Source: Minutocellus sp. GHC0000111 (lineage: Eukaryota). From it: DNA of 64,000 bases. The stretch is taken from positions 496,001-560,000 of the forward strand of contig OZ361256.1 in the NCBI GenBank assembly GCA_977018835.1. The letters are read 5' to 3'. Shown piece by piece: positions 1 through 10,564 of this stretch. Every line of letters begins with the position of its first letter. The first letter of the stretch is position 1. Below the pieces are notes generated by a model, which saw only the letters and a program-made list of their open reading frames with translations, did not search any database and had not been told where the DNA came from. A program made the translations under genes and the position numbers.

Positions 1-95
1 CACGTTTATATTCTGCAAAATTTACTCAGCTATTTGAAGCTATTGAAAATTGTTTGTCAACTCCTACGAAAAGTTCTGTACCAGTATGTCTCTTA

Positions 96-998
96 TCACC
101 ACTGGCCTGGAGTACACCCATCGGCATTGTCTCTAATGGGCGAATGTTCGCCACCAGCATCCTCCACCGGGCCACCGCCGATATCACCTCCTGCATGATC
201 AATCCCAGTGGCCGACGTTAGCCACGCCATGAATTCCTTCGAATTGAGCTCGTGGTCCTCTCCCCGAGCCTTTAGCCTGGCGAATGCTGCAGCATCTACA
301 CCCTTGGCACCGACTGAGTCGATAAAGTACGAGATTTCATCAACACTGATTCGATTATTGCGATTGAGATCGATCATCTTGAACAGATCTGGGCCATGTT
401 CGCCAGTCGAGAGAAATGCATCCCAAACCAAAACCTGCAAACCTCGACGAGCATCGACTATCTTGTCGCCGCCGGTCGCAGATGAAGATCCCTCTTCGTC
501 ATCGGAGGAATCCGAAGACGACGAATCGTCAAGATTGTCCAGAATTCCTTCCAAAGCCAGGTTGACACGACGAAGTTCGGTCCCCATGCACAGCCATCGC
601 TCGAATTCTTCGGCGTCGAGGGGATGGTCCTCACCGAGTTTCTGAAGCAGGCTCAATGCCTCATCAGACACATTGGCCTTGTCGACACTTTCCATAAAGT
701 AGTTGATCTCCTCCACGTTGATGGTACCGCTCTTGTTCAGATCGAGAGATTGGAAGACCGATTCTGACGAGATGCTACCGAGGAGGTAGGCGTCCCAGAT
801 GTTTCGCTGTTCGTCACGTCGGATGTCGACAATCTTTTTGTTTTCACAGGCGCTACCGGTGGAGAAGTTGCGGGCAATTGGTGCAGCCACACCCGTCGAT
901 CGAGAGCAGCTGGTCGCTGCGAGATTTTGGCCACACGTGCTGACTCGGGAGGTCGTCTTCGAAAGGATGTTGCGGAGCATTTGTCGGCGTGCGTTCAT
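96..998 (-). CDS. EF-hand calcium-binding protein with two internally repeated domains and a probable mitochondrial presequence
   Basis: Intact 300-aa ORF. Two homologous blocks (KIVDIRR...WDAYL...DLNKSGTINVEE...EFERWL and KIVDARR...WDAFL...DLNRNNRISVDE...EFMAWL) each carry a canonical EF loop. The N-terminus is R/S/T-rich and acid-free, ending ARNFST. Confidence 0.8.
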   Translation of the reverse strand: MNARRQMLRNILSKTTSRVSTCGQNLAATSCSRSTGVAAPIARNFSTGSACENKKIVDIRRDEQRNIWDAYLLGSISSESVFQSLDLNKSGTINVEEINYFMESVDKANVSDEALSLLQKLGEDHPLDAEEFERWLCMGTELRRVNLALEGILDNLDDSSSSDSSDDEEGSSSATGGDKIVDARRGLQVLVWDAFLSTGEHGPDLFKMIDLNRNNRISVDEISYFIDSVGAKGVDAAAFARLKARGEDHELNSKEFMAWLTSATGIDHAGGDIGGGPVEDAGGEHSPIRDNADGCTPGQW

Positions 999-1513
999 CT
1001 TACCAACCAGTTGGTTTCACCAGCTCATAGTCCGGCGAATACCGGTACTACCCAGTAGCTACGTAGTAGATGAGGTGCAGCAGTTCGAGTTCACGCCGGT
1101 GCGGTGCGGCCGCATGCGGTTTTCGCATCGCGTGGGCGCGCGCTGCTTAGCCCCCGTCGCGAGCAGTCAGAGTCGAGTCAGTCTCAAAGCAGCGACAGAA
1201 TGACATGAAAAGGAAACCAACTGCCTTTCCAAGTGGCGTACCTACTAGCTACTAGTACGTAGCTAGTAGCTACGTACGTAGAGGTACGAACTCGTACGCG
1301 CTATGGTACTACGTACGTAGTAATAGTCTAGCTACTACTACGTAGGCCTACTAGAGTAGTGCCTAGGTAGTAGCAGTACGCACAATTTGCAAATTAGATC
1401 TTTGGGTGGATCTTTGGCAAAAGGAACCTCTCGAAAAAAAGCGAAGCGCCTCTCTTCAATCTTTGCATATCTTCGCCATTTTGCATCAAATTCACCAATC
1501 AAATTCAAAGACA

Positions 1514-2617
1514 ATGTCGTCCGATAACGGTCCTCTCGAAACCGAAGCCTACGTCTGTGGTGGTAAAGGCGAGAAGCTCGTTCTCAAGACCATTACGCTG
1601 CCCGCCCTCAAGGCCACGCAGGTGGAAGTCGACGTGACTTACTGCGGCCTTTGCCACACCGACATCCACATGCGCGACAACGATTGGGGAATACCCAACT
1701 ACCCTCTTGTTCTTGGCCACGAGGGCATTGCCACTGTGCGGAAGGTCGGCGATTCCGTCCGCGTCCTCAAGGTCGGTGACACCGTCGGCATCTTTTGGTG
1801 CCGCGACTCTTGCCTCGGGTGCGACCAATGCTTCGCCGGTCGTGAAAACATCTGCCAGAAGGGACACCAAGGCACTTACCTTGGACCTGCCGCCGGATGC
1901 TGGGGTAAGAATCCCCACAACGAGCATGGGGGGTGCTTCTCCAAGGTGATGCGCCTTGAGGAGCGTTTCGCCATTAAGCTACCCGATAATCTCCCTCCCG
2001 AGATTGCCTGTCCCCTCATCTGTGGTGGAGGCACCGTCTTCGAGGCCGTCGTGGACTACGTCACATCCGGCACTCGCGTTGGCATTGCCTCTATTGGAGG
2101 CCTGGGCACTGCTGCCATTCACTTTGCCAAGCTCTTCGGCGGCCACGTCACCGCCCTGAGCCGGGGCGAGGCCAAGCGAGACAAGAGCCTTGGCGCTGGA
2201 GCTGACGCGTACGAGGGTTGCCTCGGTGACGCCGATGCCATGAACGCCCTGGCCGGAACATTCGATGTCATAATCGATACCTCCCCTGCCAATGCCGATG
2301 TCGCCGCCTATCTAGCGATGCTCAAGTTCGACGGCACCTACTGCCATGTCGGCATTCCAGCTGCCACCGACATGACTTTCAAGTACGATTACATTCCCCT
2401 CATCTTCACCCAGAAGAATATCGCCGGCTCAATTGTTACCGGCACTCGTCGCATGCATCGCATGCTCAAGCTCGCCAGCGAGGAATTGGACACCTTTGCC
2501 AAGGACAAGGAGGACTGGCACGCCGAGGTCGTCCCCTTCTCTGAGGTCAACGAAGTCATGGACAAGCTCCAGTCAGGCCAAAACGACAAGACTTACCGCT
2601 ATCTGTTCAAGTGGTAA
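1514..2617 (+). CDS. Zinc-dependent NADP(H) alcohol dehydrogenase (cinnamyl-alcohol dehydrogenase / Ahr-like MDR family)
   Basis: Motifs CGLCHTD, LGHEG, structural-zinc CxxCxxCx7C (CLGCDQC...NIC), CGGGT, IGGLG and SRGEAKR. Start placed at ATG 1514 rather than the upstream GTG. Confidence 0.93.
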   Translation: MSSDNGPLETEAYVCGGKGEKLVLKTITLPALKATQVEVDVTYCGLCHTDIHMRDNDWGIPNYPLVLGHEGIATVRKVGDSVRVLKVGDTVGIFWCRDSCLGCDQCFAGRENICQKGHQGTYLGPAAGCWGKNPHNEHGGCFSKVMRLEERFAIKLPDNLPPEIACPLICGGGTVFEAVVDYVTSGTRVGIASIGGLGTAAIHFAKLFGGHVTALSRGEAKRDKSLGAGADAYEGCLGDADAMNALAGTFDVIIDTSPANADVAAYLAMLKFDGTYCHVGIPAATDMTFKYDYIPLIFTQKNIAGSIVTGTRRMHRMLKLASEELDTFAKDKEDWHAEVVPFSEVNEVMDKLQSGQNDKTYRYLFKW

Positions 2618-3004
2618 ATGATTTTGAAGGTTGTTGTGGTTACCTGCGAGGTATATTCATTTTGGATAGATTTTCCCTTTAAAAATACATGTACACTTTT
2701 AAAGCATTGGCAGTAAGCAGTAAGACTGCTACCCAGGCTAGCTGCATACAAATGTGGCTCTGCAAAGTAAAACAACACTGCACTGAGGTATGCTGTAAAT
2801 GAAATTAAAAATCATTAGGCAGATACTACTTTGCAACTTTCCTTAACCTAATCGAAGTAAATGAGTTGCATGGATCCTTTAAAATACGGTGCATTGCCCA
2901 AATCTGCTACATGGCGCTTGTATGTTATGCAAGTCAGGCCATGACTGTCCCCAAATAAATCACCAACACGTGCTGATGAAATAGGCCTCGTGCGTGTAGT
3001 ACAA

Positions 3005-3837
3005 TTACCATCCTTTCTTCCTTTGCTTGGCATCATAGCTGGCAACCGCATGGCAAGCCGACGTTAATTGGAACACATTGACTATTTGCTTCACTGCACA
3101 CGCTGGGACACAGAATAGCAACAATCCATCTCCCAATGCCTTGAGGAAAACGTCATCCTCGGTAACATGCGCCAGCCCATACAGTGCCACATATGTAAAC
3201 TCGGCCCCGACACAGCAATAACCAAAGAAGTAGTAATAGTGATAGTACCATCTCACCAAGAAGAAACGCCCCTCATTGCCATCATCCGACTTGTGATGCT
3301 GCTGCAAAGATGCTGTGGAGTACATTTGGCACCAATGCGACGATATGTCGAGCAATATCAACGACAGGAATGTCTGGCGGAGAGCGACGGGTTTAGTTTA
3401 TAATGGGCGGAGGTAAGCAAGTAACAAAGCATGATATATTTTGTCGATCTCATAACAAACCTTTGCACATATACATAGCATTGCCATTATTTGTGTGCGT
3501 TCGTTCCACTCACCAATCTGTACAGACCAGCAACGTATGTCGACCCAACCAGTGTGGCGTCGTACTCCCCAGCCAAGATGAAGAGCAGACCGGCCGTGGC
3601 GCAACGATCGGTCACCATGTCGAGCAATCCACCGTACGTGCTGCACTGATCGAATTTGCGGGCCGCCAATCCATCGAACAAATCGCCAACGAAGGAGGCA
3701 ATGTACAGCCAAAGGGCCAGGAACCACCGGTTGGGATGGAAGATCATAAGGACGAAGCTGACGATGGTCAGAATGACTCGGCCGTAACCGATGAGGTTTG
3801 GTACGTACAGGAGGACATCTCGGGCTGTTGTTGCCAT
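3005..3837 (-). CDS. PIS1: CDP-diacylglycerol--inositol 3-phosphatidyltransferase (phosphatidylinositol synthase), 2 exons (3837-3514, 3373-3005)
   Basis: VLLYVPNLIGYGR, the CDP-alcohol phosphotransferase motif DLFDGLAARKFDQCSTYGGLLDMVTDR, then LDISSHW and KQIVNVFQL. GT-AG intron 3513-3374 joins the exons in frame. Confidence 0.93.
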
Positions 3838-4211
3838 GTTTGATCAGGTAGGTTGGGGAGCGGCAATACTGCTATTGGCGTGCAAGTACCGGAAGGCGGC
3901 AATTGCTGGGCTCATTTTTGTGGTGGTGGCGTGGGTGGGCAGTGGGCAGTATACGGGTACGTACGAAACGCGTAAGCTACGTACGGTCGGATTGATCGCT
4001 CGACTCATTCGACTTAGAATCGAATGTAAGAATCTGGATCGATCGCCAATTGTGGCGCTTGGCGAGATGTTGGAACAAAGTCAGAAGTGAAAGCCTTGCG
4101 CCAGTGGCGACAAGCTGCAGGTCGAGAAAGGAATAAATTACAAGAAGAGAGGAACTTCCTTCTGACCTTTTTCTGTGGTATCTTTGCTAGTCCAATCCAT
4201 CATCCAACGAA

Positions 4212-5788
4212 ATGATCTTTGGAAGCAAGGCACTCTCTGTGGCCGTCCTCGGTGCCCTCGTTTTTAGCGACGAGGCATCGGCGGCCAGCAAGCTCAAGCG
4301 CAAGCATGGCAACAAAGCTCTTCGAAAGGCCCAACGCAAGTTGAAGGGCAGCAAAGGAACGGGCATGGTGAGCTTTGCTTCTAGGCATGTTATTATTTGA
4401 AGCTTGTGATTCTCCTTCAATGTTCACTTTGACACCGAGTTGGCTCACATACTTTTGTCTTCATCTACTTTCAATGAACAACTCATATCACGCGGAAAGG
4501 GAGGAAGCGATGTCGGCATGGCAACAAGGGCTGGGTCCGATGAAACACTTACCATTCCTGGCATGCCTGCCATCGAGCCCAGGATGATCGACGTTCCCGA
4601 TGCCGGCGGTGATGGTGGCGACGAAGTCGAAGTGGATTCTCTCGTTCAAGCTGATGCCGCGGTTTCCTGGGAATGGATTCCTGATCCGTGTGAAATTAGT
4701 GTAAGTGTGTGCCTGCCTTTCAATTGCGCTCTCATGTTGTCTCATTGCAATATGAACGATATTCTCTCATCCTAAATCCTTATCTCCCAAACCATATCCA
4801 CACATTCAGATCGACTTCACCGACAATATGTGCATGGCGAAGTATAAGTATGCTGCAGTCTCGACTTACAACCCTGCTCGTGCTTGCGTCGATGCCCTGA
4901 AATGTTACGTGACTGGCGACACCACTCAGATGACGTTTAAATGAACTGCGACCACGGACTGTGCTGGAAGCTACGGCGATTGTTTCGCGTTTAGTGACAA
5001 GGCACAGGGAGGCCGAGTTTGGATTGTTGAGAATACCGACATGTTCCAGATGAAGCTGCCTAATGTCCCTGATCCTACGTACGACAATTTGAAGTGGCAT
5101 GTAGAGAACGACCTTAAAAATGTCATGCCAATGGGCAAAACACTCTACAATGATGTGGTCGGAGTCGGTGATGAGTTCTCCATTCCCCTAAATTCTCTCA
5201 ACGCTGGCCGCCCCGAGATTGCCTACATGGCCTTTGAAAAAAAACGGCAACCTGATTTCGTTCGTAACATTCAATCCTTACAGCTGTGGCGGTGGTGACT
5301 ACAGCATCGGTGGGAGAGTCGGCAATGTCGAGATTTCTTCCTTCAAGAGTACCGAATTCGGCACCGTCACTTCACAGGTGTACATTGACAAATATGTGTA
5401 CGACGTCAAGAGCAATTGCACTGATGTTGCCTATCGAAATGATGATGCAGTAGTGTACTCGCTCGATCGCACCTTCTGTACTAGTTCATGCGGGGAGGAT
5501 AAGTAGAATTGTCCCACAGCCGAGGGATACAATCCCTTTTCGTGTGTTGTGGGTGGAAAGACGCAGTTGGGATGCGAAAGGGCAAATCAAGGTGTGCCTA
5601 GTGATTCGACGAGTATTTCTCCTGACGGAGAGGCATCGTTCGAAGACAGCATCGACGGTAAGGGCCCGGTTGACCTTCTCACAACAAAGTTCCAGCTCAA
5701 TGTAGATGCAACGGTCAGGTATCCCGAGTACTGGATCGAAAGGTCCGCCAGTGCCACCAGCCCTGAAATTGCTGTTCTAGGGTGCTAG
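4212..5788 (+). pseudogene. Secreted protein of unknown function, multi-exon, apparently disrupted
   Basis: Signal peptide (MIFGSKALSVAVLGALVFSDEASA) followed by a basic linker. Intron donors near 4369, 4701 and 4845. Frame shift at the A-run near 5240 and an in-frame TAG at 5504-5506 with the same frame continuing to 5788. Confidence 0.5.
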
Positions 5789-6089
5789 CTTGCATTCTTC
5801 GAGCAAGGAAAGAGTTCCATCTCTCAAGGTCCTCCTGCATGTGTTGTAGAAAACTTCTTTTGATGGTAGACCTATTTGATTTAAAATCGTAGATCTATTG
5901 CATTTTACTTCATGTAATGAGACTTACTATTTTTATTGCACACAAGATACATGTGTAGGATACATGTAGGGAACACAAAAATAGCGCAAGCAAGAGAAAA
6001 GGGCTCCCCCCGACCAGCTTGATCAGGCGCGTGACGGATTTTTGACTCGCCCGACCGAAAATCGAATCTGAGATATCGCCAACAATTAA

Positions 6090-6106
6090 GAGGGCGCTGT
6101 CCATAA
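6090..6106 (+). repeat. Left TIR of Kolobok copy A
   Basis: GAGGGCGCTGTCCATAA, reverse complement of 10270-10286. Confidence 0.95.
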
Positions 6107-6554
6107 CTTTTAGGAAGCCCCCAAAAAGCGTGTTTTGTGCCGTTTTTTCTTCGCACCATCGCCAAAGTTAGCACTCCAACGTGACAATGGGCTCCTCATC
6201 GAAGGCCGCCGCTCTCCACAGTGGCGAAGAGTCATCGACGTTCCTTTCAGCATTAAGTCGGAAATCCCTCCAGGAACACTTGGTTCAGAGGAACTTCGAT
6301 GAATCAACTCTCCCTCAGAAACACAGCAGTCGACGCACACATCATCGTCGGATCGACCGAAATTAGTCTCGGCCGACGCATGACCAGCATTGGTGGTGCT
6401 GGTGGGAAGACATCTTGAAGTTTTGCTGTTGGGAGGTAAGGGGATATTTGTTTGGGGTATTTTTGCACGTCTCCCTCATTTGGGGTTCTTTTTGTAAGGT
6501 TCTCATCGAAAAGCGTGTCTTGCGCCAGAACCGACACAAAACAAAAAAACAACC

Positions 6555-8828
6555 ATGGAAACATCACGTGCTAACGCCAAGGAGGCAATCCTCTCACTCT
6601 TGCTCTCATTCCCAGACGACGTCAGATGTACTTACTACACCATTGATGAGCTTGTCCGCATCTTGATGCGCGGTGGCGCATCACCGAGCTTAGAGATCTC
6701 TCTTGTTCGATCATCTCTTCAACACGTCCCAACACGACACGAGGTCAACATCCAACGACGACGTCCAGAGAAAATATCAGGCCTTGACGTTGCAAAGCCC
6801 TTCTACCGCTTCTCCAGAATAGCCGATAACGCCAGCCCACACTCTCAACGCAATGGCAAGCGATCACTGCCGACCATGCCTGAAAATTGCTTCCAGGACG
6901 ATGAAAAGCATGGGCCCCATCTCAACGCGATGCTGAAACATTGTTCCGACAAGAGCTCTTCGGGCGGTCGGTCATCTACTCCCACCGCCAACGCTACCGA
7001 TCGTCCCAACATCACCGGCGTGCAGCTCAACGGCAAAAGAATTGTGGTTGAGATGAAGCAGCTGCATGATTTCGTACAGAGTCTCCACCGATCGTGCGGC
7101 AATCTGTGTCTCTCGGCCGAGCCAGTTCGGCGTGGATTCGGCGTTACATTTGAATGGCGATGCGATAGATGCAACCAACCTTTTTCTTTTTGCACTTGGA
7201 TCGGCCAGAGGTCAGAAGTTGTGTGCCCCGGCAGAAAGCATTCTAGAAGTCAGGCTGGAATGAACTTGGAGCTGATGGAGGCAGCGGAAGATGAGGCCAT
7301 GCACGCAAGTCGCTTCATGAATTCACGAAGGCCGACATCGTCCATCCGACCGAAAAGAATGCCCGACAGGTGGAAAAGAAATGCAGAGCAGCGGCTGTTG
7401 AAGCAGCTGATGAAATCATTGACGAGAATAGGGCAAAAGCATGTGCCGCTAGCAGCAAGACTGTTGAGTTTGAACAAGGCGGCGAGATGCACACGGCGGC
7501 GGTTTTTACGGTGGCCCAAGACGGCAGCGCCCTCAAACGCGACTACGGCCATTGCTACACTGGCTCTGCTGCAGCGGTATTTGCCGTAGACAAGGAAACT
7601 GGCCTTGTTGTTGACAAGGGAATCTCTCAGGCAAGCTGCCACTGTTGCGTGAGAGCCTGCAATGCAAGATTGAGGGAGAGGCGGGAAGCCGGCAATCCAA
7701 TAACGCCGAGTGAGCTCAAAAACATGAGCAAGGATGAGATACTGGCCCTGTACGACCATGATGGCTTCTGCTGTCGCAACTCTTCCCACTCCCCCGGTGT
7801 GGCAGAGGAGCATCTGGCCGAGAATGTTGGACGGAATCTTCTGGTCGACGATGAAGGAAGCGTGCAGGCGTGTCCTCTTTTCGTTGAGAAGCACGTTGCC
7901 GATGGCGATAGCAAAGGCATTACTAGGGCAGCAGCCGCTCAGGAAGACATAGTAGGTGATGAGTTGGCTTCTGGTGTTGAGCTTTGCCGTGACTTTAATT
8001 ATCTGAGCAATTCAATTGACTCAGGCTTTCGAAAAGCATGCAAAGGAGTTGAAAATTTTAATGCCATCCCCCGACCACGCATCAATCGGATGAAACAGGG
8101 CATTTCGAAGATTACTGATCGGTACAAGCACAGCGTTCTCGATCAGCCCGATGGTGCTGTGTCCGAGGAGGAAAAACAAAGTCATCTGGCCCTCCTTCAG
8201 AAAGAACTCCAGTCCGTCGTTCGTCACCAATGTGGCATTCACACTTTTTGCACCACCAACACGTGTGATTGGATTCGCCTCAGTATTGCTCATCCTGATT
8301 GGAGTGATGGCAAGCTCGATGAGGAATGGAGCTCGGGGAATCAATTCGATGGCGACATATTGGAGATTAGTGACGACACGATTCGCAAGATGACGCTTGA
8401 AATAACCAAGAGAATCAACAAGAATACTGCCGACTCCAACTGCAAGAAGGAATCTACCACCGAGCAAGAGCGACAGCAAGCGCCTTCGAGCAGCCTTGCG
8501 AAACAGAAGCGAGCAAGACGACAAGGACTATGTGTACAAGAAGAACAGGGCCCTAGCTGCTGGTAAGGCGAAACCAGCAAAGCCTGGCCGCAAGAAGAAG
8601 ATTGACCAGCAGTGTCAGAAATGCAAGCAGCTTGGCCACACTCGGGCTGAATGTCAATGCGACGATGCTGACGACGTTGTCGTTTACGCCGGAAAGAAGC
8701 GCAGAAGCCCAGGCAGCAACAAGAAATCTGCAAGAAATAATAAGAAAGCTAAGACAAACTTCGGTGTATCGGCAAATGATGTTAGCTCTTGGATGCCGGC
8801 GATACTGAGAGAAAATGGCAGCTTGTAA
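6555..8828 (+). pseudogene. DDE transposase of Kolobok copy A, disrupted
   Basis: Motifs VAQDGSALKR, ETGLVVD, HVADGDSKG, HQCGIHTFC and a C-terminal CCHC knuckle (CQKCKQLGHTRAEC). Relative to copy B there is a 4-bp deletion near 7325 and a 251-bp deletion at ~8462 that removes STTGVEQLNG, the likely catalytic E. Confidence 0.85.
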
Positions 8829-8932
8829 ACACGTGTAAAATATTTTATCACTGTAAATAAAAATGGATTTATTGTGTGCTGTTACTCACGTGCTACGCAC
8901 ATTCTTGTTATCTACATGTGTTGAGGTAATGA

Positions 8933-10162
8933 TTATGCATTTTCCTCTTCTTCTTCCTCTTCATCTTGATGACCAGGGATGAATCCAACATATCGTTCAC
9001 CTTTATCATTTGGATAAATGAACCTAATGCGAAAGACTAGACAGGTTGGCAAGGGCTTCCGATCAAGCCAACCTCTCACATGATACACCTCAGTTGCATA
9101 GTACCAATACAGCATGTTCCTCTTCAAATTATTTGCCATGGCTTCGACTGGCATGGTGGTTGCGTAGTATTTGTCAGCGATATCCTCCAGGTCCTCCTCC
9201 GTCGGCACCAGCATTTCTTCGCAGACGCATTTCTGAAAGAAGAGTGTGCCGTACATTGAGCAGCTTCGGTTGGCGGCAGTGCAGCAAGCAGGGGGTATTG
9301 GCGGCCTCTCTCTGATCTCGTCCCAATTACCGAATGTGTCTGCCTCCGGCGCTGCCGTCGGATCATCGTCGGCTTCCTCACAAACGGCCGCAACAAGAGC
9401 ATCCGTGTCCGATCTGATCGCTGCTGATGGCCCACCATCTACCTGCAGAAGTTGGCCCATTCCAACAATATCAAAATCAACTAGTCCAATCCCAGCAGTA
9501 GAGTGTATGTCATCATATGGAGCCACATGCCATCGGTGGAACTTTGTCAATTTGATCACATGGCCCTGTTGTAGACTTCGGGCCTTTTCGGTAATTGTCA
9601 GGGCAACACGAGCGACGATAAGCTTTCCGCTTCCATCAAGCAAAGTAAGCGATGTGGTGTTGAAAGGTCGGCCGTGCGCAGCAAGAGCCGATCCAATATC
9701 GATCCGTTTCCCATGAAGTTGAAATATAGGGAAGAATTCAGGTCCGGCGTCAAACATGGGATCTTGCAATTGATCGACGATGCCGACCGTCAGCCTCAAC
9801 TTCACATCAGCCACGGACAGGTTGGTAACTACGAGGCCGGGCCGCTCAGCAGCGACATCAATATCATCCCGAACATGATACTTATCAGCGCGAGCCTCGA
9901 CTGCTTTGACAAGATGTTGAAGTGCATGGCCGACGCCGGGATTGTTCCATAATTCTCGTCCTTGTCCGTTCGGGTCGTTCTCCAACGTGACGGCGAGGCC
10001 CTCCAGTATCTCGGTAACGGCGTCTTTCGCTTTGTCCTCCGCCTTCTCTTTCTTCTTGTCAACAGGCAAAATCGGGCGACCGGAGTTATCTGTCTTGAGT
10101 TTCCGCAACCGCGTATCTGCGTTGTGGGCCGGGCCGGCACTATTATCAGCGCTGCGCTTCAT
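8933..10162 (-). CDS. Kolobok accessory protein: RPA70N-like OB fold plus KolX/P2X7-intracellular-like C-terminal domain
   Basis: Intact 409-aa ORF inside the TIRs. The C-terminal KRNMLYWYY...RKPLPTCLVFRIRFIYP...YVGF matches the KolX/P2RX7 C-terminal pattern. Residues ~124-234 follow the RPA70 N-terminal OB pattern. Confidence 0.75.
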   Translation of the reverse strand: MKRSADNSAGPAHNADTRLRKLKTDNSGRPILPVDKKKEKAEDKAKDAVTEILEGLAVTLENDPNGQGRELWNNPGVGHALQHLVKAVEARADKYHVRDDIDVAAERPGLVVTNLSVADVKLRLTVGIVDQLQDPMFDAGPEFFPIFQLHGKRIDIGSALAAHGRPFNTTSLTLLDGSGKLIVARVALTITEKARSLQQGHVIKLTKFHRWHVAPYDDIHSTAGIGLVDFDIVGMGQLLQVDGGPSAAIRSDTDALVAAVCEEADDDPTAAPEADTFGNWDEIRERPPIPPACCTAANRSCSMYGTLFFQKCVCEEMLVPTEEDLEDIADKYYATTMPVEAMANNLKRNMLYWYYATEVYHVRGWLDRKPLPTCLVFRIRFIYPNDKGERYVGFIPGHQDEEEEEEENA

Positions 10163-10269
10163 CGTAATGAAGAGGGGGCAGAGCGGCGATTCTCATGGTG
10201 GGGTCGAGCTTTTGTCATGCTTCGCTCGTCATAAGAAATAAGAATAAGGGGGATTAAAAACGGGGAAAA

Positions 10270-10286
10270 TTATGGACAGCGCCCTC
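10270..10286 (-). repeat. Right TIR of Kolobok copy A
   Basis: TTATGGACAGCGCCCTC followed by TTAA. Confidence 0.95.
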
Positions 10287-10564
10287 TTAATATCGTGTAC
10301 CCGTAGGTACCTAGGTACGAGCTCGTACGTAGGAATCCTAGGCCTACGTAGCTCGCTTGCGCTCTCGAAACGACGCACGGCGCTAACGCCCAGCTAACGT
10401 ATTTTTCGAAATTTTTCGATCGGCCGCGAGCATACCGCCCCACTCATTCTCCGCCGCCGCCGCCACTCGTACTCTCGTGTTCTCCGGTGCGGAGCGGAGC
10501 CATACCCCACTAGCTAGAGGTACTACTCTGCCTCGCTTGAAAGGCAGGCAGGGCACCAGCACCA

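Larger units (their letters stand above)
6090..10286 (+). mobile_element. Kolobok-type DNA transposon, copy A (4197 bp)
   Basis: Perfect 17-bp TIR GAGGGCGCTGTCCATAA, TTAA duplicated at 6086-6089 and 10287-10290, RR...YY termini, and two convergent ORFs (DDE transposase and KolX-like). A near-identical copy lies at 38222-42459 with different flanks. Confidence 0.9.

Noticed and set aside
6090..10286. piggyBac assignment because of the TTAA duplication
   Set aside because: Termini are GA...TC rather than CC...GG, there are no piggyBac motifs, and the second KolX-like ORF fits Kolobok.
6090..10286. PIF/Harbinger or MULE assignment
   Set aside because: The 4-bp TTAA duplication and short TIRs do not fit the 3-bp TWA or 9-11-bp TSDs, and the second ORF is not Myb/SANT-like.
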